From contig CAMYKC010000020.1 in NCBI GenBank assembly GCA_947258865.1, positions 1 to 51,855 on the forward strand: a DNA stretch of 51,855 nt, given 5' to 3'. Position 1 is the first letter of the stretch, and each line of letters starts with the position of its first letter. The translations under genes and the position numbers were made by a program. The notes beneath the pieces are model-generated. The model was not told the DNA's origin. It did not search any database and saw nothing but the letters and a program-made list of their open reading frames with translations. The DNA is from an uncultured Lysobacterales bacterium (GTDB lineage Bacteria > Pseudomonadota > Gammaproteobacteria > Xanthomonadales > SZUA-36). Positions 1 through 8,303 of the stretch are shown here, piece by piece.

Positions 1-443
1 GCCGCTTCGCGGCCCTTTTCGATGGTGGGGTACCCGAAGCATCCCAGGCGTCGATTTTGCCGATGGGAGCACTTCGAGCAGCCGGGCTGTCGAACAACAA
101 GGCGCTGGCTGTCCACGACCTGGCGGAGAAATCAGTGGACGGCACGTTGCTGTCGAAACGCCGTATGGCCCGGCTGAGCGATGAGCAGGTCACGGAAAAC
201 CTGTGCCTGGTGCGCGGCATCGGCCCGTGGACCGCGCAAATGTTCCTGATCTTCAACCTCGGCCGGCCGGACGTGATGCCGGCCTCGGACCTGGGTGTGC
301 AGAAGGGCGTTCAGAAGGTTTATCGGATGCGTCAATTGCCGGAGCCGGACCGGGTGATGCGCCGGACGCGCCACCTGGCGCCCTACCGGTCCGCGGCAAG
401 CTGGTATTTCTGGCAAGCCGCCGATACCGTGTTGATGACTTGA
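1..443 (+). CDS. alkA: DNA-3-methyladenine glycosylase II family protein (HhH-GPD), 5' end outside the window
   Basis: The reading frame is open from nt 3 to the window edge. The C-terminal region carries the HhH-GPD signature LVRGIGPWTAQMFLIFNLGRPDVMPASDLGV, typical of AlkA-type glycosylases. Confidence 0.75.
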   Translation, partial: RFAALFDGGVPEASQASILPMGALRAAGLSNNKALAVHDLAEKSVDGTLLSKRRMARLSDEQVTENLCLVRGIGPWTAQMFLIFNLGRPDVMPASDLGVQKGVQKVYRMRQLPEPDRVMRRTRHLAPYRSAASWYFWQAADTVLMT

Positions 444-474
444 AACTGGCTGGCGTAGGGCGCATCTTGAAGTC

Positions 475-945
475 GTGAATCTTCTCGAACAATTCGTGTT
501 ACAGCATGTGCAGGTCTCCCTTCTGAAGGCGAAACTCCATCACATCAGCATGGACAAGGGCGCCGGCGCCCAGGAAGCCAAGGTCGAACTGAACCTGACG
601 CCGCGTCTGCTCAAAGCCGACAGCGGTGACAAGTTGCCTGCTTACCAGGTGAGTGCGAGGTTGACCTGCAAGGGCGGCGCCGATGACAAGCCGGAACCGG
701 CCTTCGATGCACGGGTAGGATTTGAAGCGGTGTACCAGCAAATTTCCGGGGACCCGGTGGACGTTTCGGAATTTACCGCCAATCATGCCAGCCTGACGCG
801 CCAGCTGTATCCGCTGCTGCAGCAGGAACTGCGGATGCTCCTTATCCGCCTCGGCCTGGAACAGGTGCACCTGCCGTTCGATCTGGCGGCGAAAGTCCAG
901 TCCCCCGAGAGCCAGTCAATCCAGGTATCGGGCGCTTTACACTGA
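475..945 (+). CDS. SecB-like chaperone-fold protein (hypothetical)
   Basis: 156-aa ORF lying 31 nt after alkA. By eye its strand-strand-strand-strand-helix layout aligns to E. coli SecB: YQVSARLTCKG and AFDARVGFEAVYQQ are strand-like, and LYPLLQQELRMLLIRLGLEQVHLPFDL lines up with SecB [28 protein letters not shown]. No signal peptide. Confidence 0.45.
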   Translation: MNLLEQFVLQHVQVSLLKAKLHHISMDKGAGAQEAKVELNLTPRLLKADSGDKLPAYQVSARLTCKGGADDKPEPAFDARVGFEAVYQQISGDPVDVSEFTANHASLTRQLYPLLQQELRMLLIRLGLEQVHLPFDLAAKVQSPESQSIQVSGALH

Positions 946-986
946 TAGCCGGGTCCGGCCTGGTCCGCCGTCCCACAGCAGCGGTT

Positions 987-1337
987 TTACTGAGATGATT
1001 TCTTGTAGGCCTTCAGCGCGGCATCGCATTGCTGTTTTGAGAGATAGCAGGGGTTCCCAATATTGCCGCGGGAATTGATGCTGTGTTCTTCTTTACCATT
1101 CCGCTCCCTGGTCACCGCAAGGAGTTTTTCCGGCCTGAATGCTTCCAGGAGATACACACAGTTGTCCCAACTGGCTCCCTCCGGCAAATCGACAACGACC
1201 AGGGCATCCGAGTTATATCGACAATTCGCGTAGTCAATGAACTTTGTTTCACCCGCTACGTATTCGCAAGCAATAACTCCGCTCGAGCTTGCAATCAAGA
1301 GACATCCGAGCGTGAAAGCCAGTGTTCTCCTATTCAT
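987..1337 (-). CDS. Small secreted Cys-rich hypothetical protein
   Basis: An internal Met gives the signal-peptide-like N-terminus MNRRTLAFTLGCLLIASSSGVIAC. The mature part has 5 Cys. No family recognised. GC is about 50% by hand count, lower than the flanks. Confidence 0.5.
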   Translation of the reverse strand: MNRRTLAFTLGCLLIASSSGVIACEYVAGETKFIDYANCRYNSDALVVVDLPEGASWDNCVYLLEAFRPEKLLAVTRERNGKEEHSINSRGNIGNPCYLSKQQCDAALKAYKKSSQ

Positions 1338-1576
1338 TTCCGTTCCTCCACTTGCCCAATACCATCTTCCACTGGGCACCGCCTGAAAACGAGGCATCTT
1401 TTCCGTAGATTAAGCTTTAGCAGCTGTCACATTTCTCCTGCAAAGCACGTGTGTACGCGCTCTGTAGGCATTCCGTGATAATTGTGAACTGGACTTGCGG
1501 CGCTGAATCCTCAGAGCGCAACTTTAGTTAAACACACAACTGAATTACGCCGAATGATATGCGTCAAAGAACTGAA

Positions 1577-2149
1577 TCAGCGCGGTTCAGGCTTCCGCTG
1601 TTCAATCCAGGCCCAATGCCAGGGCTCGTAAATCACGCCGTGGGGATTGTCTTTGGGAAACGACATATGAAAGCTGAAGCCGGCGGCGTTTTCGGTGAGC
1701 CAGGCGAAGGCGTCACTCCGCTCGAATTCTTCTTCCAGGACGGCAAACCCCGGTGTCGTGAGGTCGAGTGCACGGCCCGTGTGGTGTTCGCTGTAACCGG
1801 GCGCCGCGGAGACACAGAGAATTTCATTCATGCACTGCCCGCTGTCCAACTTTTTCCTGAGGATAGCTTCCTGGTATTCAACAGAACGAAAAGCTGAAAC
1901 CACCTGCAGCTCGATACCGTCCGCGCTGGCTGCCTTTCGCATGGTGAACCACCCCTGTGCCGCCCGGGGATTCATCAGTTGCTCGCGATTGTAAACATCC
2001 GGCCCGATGGACATGAGGCTTGTCGCCTCGGGCTGCAGCGCGATACGGCAGGCACGCGCATAGCCGGCCGGAATTCCGAGCGAACCGTGAATCGCGGCAA
2101 TTCGTTTTCGATAACGGTATTTTTGAAAAAAAGAGAGAAGGACCGCCAT
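1577..2149 (-). CDS. M15B (VanY-like) D-alanyl-D-alanine carboxypeptidase family protein, no signal peptide
   Basis: Carries the zinc-peptidase M15 motifs SEHHTGRALD (SxHxxGxAxD) and EPWHW (ExxH). 190 aa. Confidence 0.75.
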   Translation of the reverse strand: MAVLLSFFQKYRYRKRIAAIHGSLGIPAGYARACRIALQPEATSLMSIGPDVYNREQLMNPRAAQGWFTMRKAASADGIELQVVSAFRSVEYQEAILRKKLDSGQCMNEILCVSAAPGYSEHHTGRALDLTTPGFAVLEEEFERSDAFAWLTENAAGFSFHMSFPKDNPHGVIYEPWHWAWIEQRKPEPR

Positions 2150-2285
2150 GCTCCCGTCATCAGGGCAGGGTAAATAGTATACGGCTTCCTCAGCAGATAT
2201 TCCCGGTGAGCTTTTTGGGCGATGAAACGGTTAGAATGATACGCGGTCAATTGATACGACAATCAATAACGGCAACGGATAAACC

Positions 2286-2966
2286 ATGCAAAGTACGATC
2301 CTGCTCGCAGATGACGACACGGAACTCAGCAGCCTGCTGAAAGAATATTTCGAATCGGAAGGATTCGAGGTAAGGCTGGCGCACGACGGCAGTGCCGCCC
2401 TGGACGAAGCCCGTAAACCCGGCCTGGACCTGGTCGTCCTTGACGTGATGATGCCGGAAATGAGCGGCATGGATGTGCTGAAAGAACTGCGCAAGGAAAG
2501 CCGGCTGCCCGTGATCATGCTGACTGCACGGGGCGACGACATGGATCGCATTCTCGGACTCGAACTGGGCGCCGATGACTATGTGCCGAAACCCTGCAAC
2601 CCGCGGGAATTGCTGGCACGTATTCGGGCTGTCATGCGCCGTGGCCAGGGCATGGCCGATCATGGGCTGATAACAACCGATGACCTCGAATTGAACCCGG
2701 GGAACCGTACCCTGGCGAAGTCCGGTGAGCCGGTTGAACTGACCAGCACCGAATTCAGCATACTTCTCTCCCTGCTGCAACATCGTGGCGAGGTGGTCAG
2801 CAAACGTGACCTGTATGTTTCCGCCCTCGGGCGCGAGCCCGTTCCCCACGACCGCAGCGTCGATATGCATGTCAGTAATCTCCGGCGCAAACTGGGTTCC
2901 GATCCCAGGGGTGATAATCGAATTGAGACCATCCGCGGCATCGGTTACCAGTACCGGATCGCGTGA
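2286..2966 (+). CDS. cpxR: OmpR-family response regulator, CpxR-like
   Basis: Receiver domain plus winged helix. Long stretches are colinear with E. coli CpxR (LLVDDD.EL.SLLKE, LDVMMP, PVIMLTARG...DR.LGLELGADDY.PKP...REL.ARIRA..RR, DMH.SNLRRKL). Confidence 0.85.
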   Translation: MQSTILLADDDTELSSLLKEYFESEGFEVRLAHDGSAALDEARKPGLDLVVLDVMMPEMSGMDVLKELRKESRLPVIMLTARGDDMDRILGLELGADDYVPKPCNPRELLARIRAVMRRGQGMADHGLITTDDLELNPGNRTLAKSGEPVELTSTEFSILLSLLQHRGEVVSKRDLYVSALGREPVPHDRSVDMHVSNLRRKLGSDPRGDNRIETIRGIGYQYRIA

Positions 2967-2994
2967 AAACAACCCTCGCGGCAGGCAGGCGCTG

Positions 2995-4326
2995 ATGCAT
3001 TCCCTTTTCTGGAAGTTATTTCTGACGATGTGGTTGAGCATCGTCGGATTTTCGGCTGCCATCGGTTGGCTCAACGACAAGCTGGCCAGGGAGCAATGGG
3101 CGGAGCAGCCGGCCGACTCCTTCGCCCGGGGGTTGACCCGGATTAGCCAACGCGCCGAACAGGCTCTGCAGATTGACGGAAGAAAGGGGTTGCGGGACGA
3201 ACTCCTGAATATTCCACGCATGACGCGCAGCCACATTTACATCGTGGACGAAAACAACGTAGAAGTTCTGGGCCGGGACGAAGCCCTGAATCAACTAGTC
3301 GAACGGCGCACCCAAATGGATGAAGTGGTTTACGAGGACGCCGGCGGCAGGCCCTACCGCTTTTACACGGTAAACCGCTCTCCCCCAAGCACGATTCTCG
3401 CTCCGGGGCCACAGGGAACGGCGTTGCGCCTGGCGGCAGCGGCTGCCATCAGTGCGCTGATCAGTTACTTCCTGGCGCGATCACTGGCGACCCCACTTGC
3501 TTCCCTGAGTAAGGCAAGCCGGAGAATCGCCGCGGGCGAACTGGGAACACGGGTCAGACATACGATGCCGTCACGCCAGGACGAAATCGGTCAATTGGCG
3601 GTTGATTTCGACGTCATGGCGTCGCGCCTCGAAGCGATGCAAAAGGCAAACCAGCGCTTGCTGCAGGATGTCAGCCACGAACTCCGGTCGCCACTGGCGC
3701 GGCTCAGCGTAGCGCTTGAAATTGCACGCAAAAAAGGAGCCGGCCACATCGGATCGGAGATCGACCGGATCAGCCTGGAAAGCGAGCGGCTCGAGAAACT
3801 GGTTAACGATGTGCTCGGCCTGTTGCGGGAATCATCCGAGCCGTTATCCAGACTCGAGGATGACATTGAACTCACGGGACTCTTGAGCGATCTCGTGGAA
3901 GTCGTCAATTACGAAGTGCCCGAAGGCAAGCCGGGTATTTCCTGGCATCCTGCGGGTCCCTGCGAATTTCGTGGCGACCGGGAGTTGCTGTGGCGGGCAA
4001 TGGAAAATCTATTACGTAACGCCCTTCGCCATACCGATCCCGACCGGGGCATCGAACTGGCCCTGGAGATCAGAAAGCGAAAATCAAAGGTGGAGCTGTC
4101 GGTGCGAGACTTCGGGGAAGGCCTGCCGGCAAGCGAACTGGAAAAAATCTTTGAACCGTTCTACCGCGTTCAGGAATCCCGGGACCGCGGCAGCGGCGGC
4201 CACGGCCTGGGCCTGTCGATCGCGGCAAATGCAGCAAGGCGGCATGGCGGCAGTGTTGAAGCGGTCAATGCACCCGATGGCGGGCTGGTCGTCACCATCA
4301 GCCTTCCGCTCACGGCAGCAAGCTGA
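2995..4326 (+). CDS. cpxA: Envelope-stress sensor histidine kinase, CpxA-like
   Basis: Start placed at ATG 2995 (MHSLFWKLFLTMWLSIVGF, TM1). Contains HAMP, the H-box SHELRSPLARL and the N/G boxes (NLLRNALRHT, GLGLSIA). It follows cpxR. Confidence 0.8.
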   Translation: MHSLFWKLFLTMWLSIVGFSAAIGWLNDKLAREQWAEQPADSFARGLTRISQRAEQALQIDGRKGLRDELLNIPRMTRSHIYIVDENNVEVLGRDEALNQLVERRTQMDEVVYEDAGGRPYRFYTVNRSPPSTILAPGPQGTALRLAAAAAISALISYFLARSLATPLASLSKASRRIAAGELGTRVRHTMPSRQDEIGQLAVDFDVMASRLEAMQKANQRLLQDVSHELRSPLARLSVALEIARKKGAGHIGSEIDRISLESERLEKLVNDVLGLLRESSEPLSRLEDDIELTGLLSDLVEVVNYEVPEGKPGISWHPAGPCEFRGDRELLWRAMENLLRNALRHTDPDRGIELALEIRKRKSKVELSVRDFGEGLPASELEKIFEPFYRVQESRDRGSGGHGLGLSIAANAARRHGGSVEAVNAPDGGLVVTISLPLTAAS

Positions 4327-4350
4327 TCATTACTCTCGCTGGCAGACAGG

Positions 4351-5316
4351 CTAAATTCGATCGGAGCTAAAAGACAGTACGGTATCGATGCGGTCCAGTT
4401 TGAGAATGGACATCAGCAGCCGGTCGACACCCAGTGCGACGCCGCTGCAATCCGGCAGGCCGTGGCGCAGGGCCAAGACCAGGTTCATGTCGATCGGGGC
4501 TACCTCTTCTCCGCGAATTTCCCTGAGCCGGTTTTCCTTTTCGAACCGCCTCAACTGTTCGTTGGCGTCGGTGAGTTCCTGGTAACCATTGGCCAGTTCC
4601 ATCTGCCCCAGGTACACCTCAAACCGTTCCGCCACCGGCGGGTCATCCGGGCGTATCCGGGCCAATGCCGCCTGTTCGGGTGGAAAATCATAGACAACGG
4701 TCAGGGTTTCACCGGGAAGATCAGGCTGGACGACTTCCGCTATCAGCAGATCAAGCCACTCCTGAAGACCGAGCGGCCCCGTCATGATGCCCCGTTCCGC
4801 CGCCAGGGCTGACAGGTCCGTCTCGCTGCAATTGAAGGGATCCAGGCCGGTGTGTTCCGCCATGAGTTCGCTGTAGCTGACGCGCCGCTCGTCCCAGTCA
4901 TCAAACTGGCCCTGCCCGCAAAACCGGATCAGATCCAGCACCTCGGAAGCCAGGTCGAGGTAATCCATGCCGGACCGGTACCACTCCAGCATTGTGAATT
5001 CAGGGTGATGGTACTGGCCCTGTTCACCGGCTCGAAAGACGCGCCCCAGTTCATAGACGTTTCGGTGACCCGAGGCCAGCAGTCGTTTCATCGCATACTC
5101 CGCCGACGTCCTGAGATATTGCTTGCGCAGGCTATCCGTCGAAATGCTCTGAATATTGGGATCGCTGTTGCCGGCAGTGGTCATAAGGGGGGTTTCGACT
5201 TCCAGAACGTTTCGCTCCTCGAAAAAGCGCCTGATCCGGGACAGGAGACGGGCACGTGCTTCGATCGCGTTCCGCGAGGCGCTGGGCCGCCAGTTGTTTT
5301 CGGGCGATCGTGTCAT
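4351..5316 (-). CDS. epmA: Elongation factor P--(R)-beta-lysine ligase (PoxA/GenX)
   Basis: Class II LysRS-like core without an anticodon domain (RARLLSRIRRFFEERNVLEVETPLM...; FTMLEWY; GVALGVDRLLM). The chosen start, ATG 5316, overlaps the ppx stop as ATGA. Confidence 0.85.
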   Translation of the reverse strand: MTRSPENNWRPSASRNAIEARARLLSRIRRFFEERNVLEVETPLMTTAGNSDPNIQSISTDSLRKQYLRTSAEYAMKRLLASGHRNVYELGRVFRAGEQGQYHHPEFTMLEWYRSGMDYLDLASEVLDLIRFCGQGQFDDWDERRVSYSELMAEHTGLDPFNCSETDLSALAAERGIMTGPLGLQEWLDLLIAEVVQPDLPGETLTVVYDFPPEQAALARIRPDDPPVAERFEVYLGQMELANGYQELTDANEQLRRFEKENRLREIRGEEVAPIDMNLVLALRHGLPDCSGVALGVDRLLMSILKLDRIDTVLSFSSDRI

Positions 5317-6827
5317 CACGGATCGAGAGGCTGCTCGAACTGGATCTGGAGGCCTATGGATTTGATATGTTGGGCTTCCTGCTGCAGATCGAACACCGTC
5401 AGCGGATGGTCTTGCAGCCATTTGCCTGGGAAGCCCACCGTGATCATGTTGTCGCTTCCACTCAGGCGGAAGCCCGGGATAGCCTCGTCATCACGACTGC
5501 GGCACAGGATGCAGGCCAGACGCAGGCAAAACAGTGTCATGCGCAGCGGCTCATGCAATCGGGTCGGTAGCTTGTCGGCATATGATTTGGGGATTGGGCG
5601 GCGGTGATGACGGACCAGTGCGGCCAGGAACATCTGCTCCTGCCGGGTGAAGCCGGTCATATCGGAGTTTTCAACCAGGTAACCCGAATGCAACTGGTAT
5701 TGACTGTGTGACACGCTGAGACCGGTCTCGTGCAGTTTGGCCGCCCAGCCCAGTAATTGCCGGTGAATCGGTTGCAGAAAAATGCCGTCGGCAATCTCGT
5801 CACAAGCCTTGAGGGCTGTTTTCTCCACACGGCCAACCTGGTCCCGGTCGACGCTGTTGCGCGACATGAAGGCATCGACGGTCTTTTCTCTCGGGTCACG
5901 TTGCTCGAGCCTCCCAAGCAAATCCTGCAATACACCTTCACGAAGCGCGTAGGGCGAAACTTTCAGGGACTTGATTTCCAGGGCCTGGAAGCAGGCCTGG
6001 AGCATGGCCAGACCGCCGACCAGCACCGGGTGACGCCGCTCCGATAATCCCGGGAGCTTGACTGCATCGATTGTGTCGTATTCCAGTAAACGGTCCCGTA
6101 GCTTGAATAGCGCGTCTGCGTCAATGTCCTTTTCCAGCCAACCCAGGCGGCGGCAAATTTCCTCGACGGCCTTGATGGTGCCGGAAGACCCGATCGCGGT
6201 TTCCCAACCCGTCTGAATATAACGCAAGCGCAATTCCTGCAGGTCGGCCTTGACTGCGCGTACAGCCTTTTTCCATCGTTCGCGGCTCAATTTTCCATCA
6301 GCGAAAAAACGCCGGGTCAACGATACGCAGCCATACTGCAGGCTTTCCATCTCAAGCGTCTCGAGGCCTTCGCCGATGACCAGTTCCGTGCTGCCACCAC
6401 CGATGTCGATCACGAGGCGCCGTTCTTCATGCCCCGCCACACCCTGGGTCACTCCCAGGTAAATCAACCGGGCTTCCTCGCGCCCAGCGATGATGTCGAT
6501 GCTGCAGCCAAGAGCGGTTTCGGCGATCATCAGGAAAGCGTTGGCGTTTTTCATCCTGCGAAAGGTCTGGGTGCCGACGGCCCGCTGGTTGTCCGGCGGA
6601 ATTCCGCGCAGTCTCTGACCAAAGCGCGCCAGGCAGGCAAAAGCTCGCTCCTGAACCGCGGGATCGAGGTGGCCATTCGCGTCCAGCCCACCACCCAGGC
6701 GGACCATTTCCTTGATCCGGTCGATGACCCTCAATTCACCGTGCTCACGCCGCGCCACAAGCAAATGAAAGCTGTTGCTGCCGAGATCTACTGCGGCGTA
6801 CGTGTTGGTGCGTTCTGCGAGGTTCAT
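5316..6827 (-). CDS. ppx: Exopolyphosphatase / guanosine pentaphosphate phosphohydrolase (Ppx/GppA family)
   Basis: The N-terminus AAVDLGSNSFHLLVAR...IDIGGGSTE is the ASKHA Ppx/GppA signature, and a C-terminal HD-like region is present. 503 aa. Confidence 0.85.
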   Translation of the reverse strand: MNLAERTNTYAAVDLGSNSFHLLVARREHGELRVIDRIKEMVRLGGGLDANGHLDPAVQERAFACLARFGQRLRGIPPDNQRAVGTQTFRRMKNANAFLMIAETALGCSIDIIAGREEARLIYLGVTQGVAGHEERRLVIDIGGGSTELVIGEGLETLEMESLQYGCVSLTRRFFADGKLSRERWKKAVRAVKADLQELRLRYIQTGWETAIGSSGTIKAVEEICRRLGWLEKDIDADALFKLRDRLLEYDTIDAVKLPGLSERRHPVLVGGLAMLQACFQALEIKSLKVSPYALREGVLQDLLGRLEQRDPREKTVDAFMSRNSVDRDQVGRVEKTALKACDEIADGIFLQPIHRQLLGWAAKLHETGLSVSHSQYQLHSGYLVENSDMTGFTRQEQMFLAALVRHHRRPIPKSYADKLPTRLHEPLRMTLFCLRLACILCRSRDDEAIPGFRLSGSDNMITVGFPGKWLQDHPLTVFDLQQEAQHIKSIGLQIQFEQPLDP

Positions 6828-6858
6828 GAGAGAAGTAGTGTAGCCCAGGCAGAATGCC

Positions 6859-6882
6859 GAGGGGCCGGAAAACCGGCCCCTC
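6859..6882 (-). terminator. Perfect 10-bp GC-rich hairpin between porin and ppx (terminator/attenuator-like, no clear U-tract)
   Basis: GAGGGGCCGG-aaaa-CCGGCCCCTC, located 38 nt downstream of the porin stop on the minus strand. The flanking T content is weak, so intrinsic-terminator status is uncertain. Confidence 0.4.
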
Positions 6883-6919
6883 TTGAGTTACCCCCGATAG
6901 ACTTCCCGGACCCTTTCGA

Positions 6920-8215
6920 TTACTGGAACTTGAAGTTCAGGTCCAGCATCAGGCGGTCGTAGTCCTTGGGATCACCCGAGGCGAGTTTGATCTCGTTGAT
7001 GAAGTAGGTCGCCTTGAAGTTCCAGTTCTTGTGGAAGGCGTAGGTTCCCGAGAGCACATGGCCCTTGGCGTCCGTTCCGCCGCCGCCGAAATCCGAGTCG
7101 GCCAGCAGGCCCACGGTGGCGTCGGCTTCCAGCTTCTCGTAAAAGTAGGTGATGTCCCAGTCACCCTTGTTCTTGGCGGAGCCGAACTTGGCGCCGAACA
7201 GATAGCCGGTGTCGTTTTCGGGCGCTTCGTCGTTGACCGTGTAGTTGCCAAACAGCGCAAAGGGATGGCCGCCCAGCTTCATCTTCCAGTCCAGGAACAG
7301 CTCGTAGTTACGATAGTCGTAAGCAAAGACCAGGTTGTCCGGGTCATTGGGATCGGTCACGAAGGTGTTTCCGTAGAAATCATCGGGTTCGCCGAACAGG
7401 GGCGTCCGGCCCGCGATGTCGAACTCCGTGTAGCCGACGCCCACGCTGAGCGTGCCGCTTTCACCGGTTTTGAATTTCATGCCGCCCTGCAAGGCCCAGG
7501 CGAATTCGGTGCCCTTCCTGCTGTCGCCTTCGAGCCAGGTGCCCAGCGCCTGAGCGTAGAAGCGGTCGTTGTCCCATACGATGCCCAGGCCTTCGGGACG
7601 CCAGTCACCGTCCCAGCGAAGGCCCTTGCCGCCCGGCCGGATCAGGTAGTTCTTGAACTTGCCGCCGGTGATCCGCGTATTCTCGAGGCCTTTCCAGTTG
7701 AAGTAGGCCAGGTCGATCTTGATGTCCTTGCTGGAGCCGCCGCCGCCGATGGTCTGGTTCGAGGAAACGGGGTCGTCACCGCCCGTTGCCAGGCCAACGC
7801 CGACTTGCAGCGTGGGCGAGAGGTCCGCTTCCAGATTGGTTCGGGCCCGGATGCGGCTGCGGTTGCGGCCATCCTTGCCTTCCTCGTCTATGTTCTCGTA
7901 GCGGTAGCGGAAATCGCCCTTCCAGCGTATCCGTTCGGCCCAGGAGACTGCGGCCATTTTCTCATCGACGTGTTCAGAGACAGCCGCATCGACTTTCTCA
8001 TCAACCGCTTGCTCGACTTTTGCCACGGTCTGTTGTTCCGACCGTGCAAGAGCCCGGGACATTTCCTGGTTTTGGCTTTCCAGCTGATCCAGCCGCCTGG
8101 TCAGCAATTCAATCTGGTCACGCAGTGCCTGGATCTCGTCCTCGCTGACCTGCGCAAAAGCCGCTGTGCTGAACAGGATGATGCTCAGCCCGAGCAGGAC
8201 TGTCAATTTTTTCAT
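6920..8215 (-). CDS. Outer-membrane porin with N-terminal coiled coil (putative phosphate-starvation porin)
   Basis: Start at ATG 8215 with a GGAGA RBS. Signal peptide MKKLTVLLGLSIILFSTAAFAQ, then the heptad-like segment DEIQALRDQIELLTRRLDQLESQNQE, then alternating beta-strand sequence rich in G/Y/D/F. It lies directly downstream of phoBR. Confidence 0.7.
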   Translation of the reverse strand: MKKLTVLLGLSIILFSTAAFAQVSEDEIQALRDQIELLTRRLDQLESQNQEMSRALARSEQQTVAKVEQAVDEKVDAAVSEHVDEKMAAVSWAERIRWKGDFRYRYENIDEEGKDGRNRSRIRARTNLEADLSPTLQVGVGLATGGDDPVSSNQTIGGGGSSKDIKIDLAYFNWKGLENTRITGGKFKNYLIRPGGKGLRWDGDWRPEGLGIVWDNDRFYAQALGTWLEGDSRKGTEFAWALQGGMKFKTGESGTLSVGVGYTEFDIAGRTPLFGEPDDFYGNTFVTDPNDPDNLVFAYDYRNYELFLDWKMKLGGHPFALFGNYTVNDEAPENDTGYLFGAKFGSAKNKGDWDITYFYEKLEADATVGLLADSDFGGGGTDAKGHVLSGTYAFHKNWNFKATYFINEIKLASGDPKDYDRLMLDLNFKFQ

Positions 8216-8236
8216 TTTGGTGTCTCCGTCAGTGTA

Positions 8237-8283
8237 CCTTGTGGGAAGTTTATGGACCTTATGTGACAGTACCGTTACGAAAC
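8237..8283 (-). promoter_or_regulatory. Pho-box-like element upstream of the porin gene
   Basis: The minus strand reads TCGTAAC-GGTA-CTGTCAC-ATAA-GGTCCAT-AAAC-TTCCCAC. This is an 11-bp periodicity of CTGTCAT-like heptamers with A/T-rich spacers, 20-65 nt upstream of the ATG. The exact register relative to the -10 is ambiguous. Confidence 0.45.
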
Positions 8284-8303
8284 TGAGGCTTGACTGATCT
8301 CGG

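Noticed and set aside
2150-2285. CpxR box (GTAAA-N5-GTAAA) and a sigma-70 promoter in the M15 peptidase/cpxR divergent region
   Set aside because: There is only a single GTAAA half-site (GGTAAATAGTATACGG). TAGAAT has no acceptable -35. An ATTGAT-N6-ATCAAT inverted repeat exists but has no known cognate factor.
2247-3236. 329-aa ORF on the minus strand
   Set aside because: It is antisense to cpxR and the 5' part of cpxA. A shadow ORF.
7031-8266. 411-aa ORF on the plus strand
   Set aside because: It is fully antisense to the porin gene. It has an Ala/Gly/Val/Arg-rich composition typical of a shadow ORF in GC-rich DNA. The minus-strand product has a signal peptide, an RBS and beta-barrel character.
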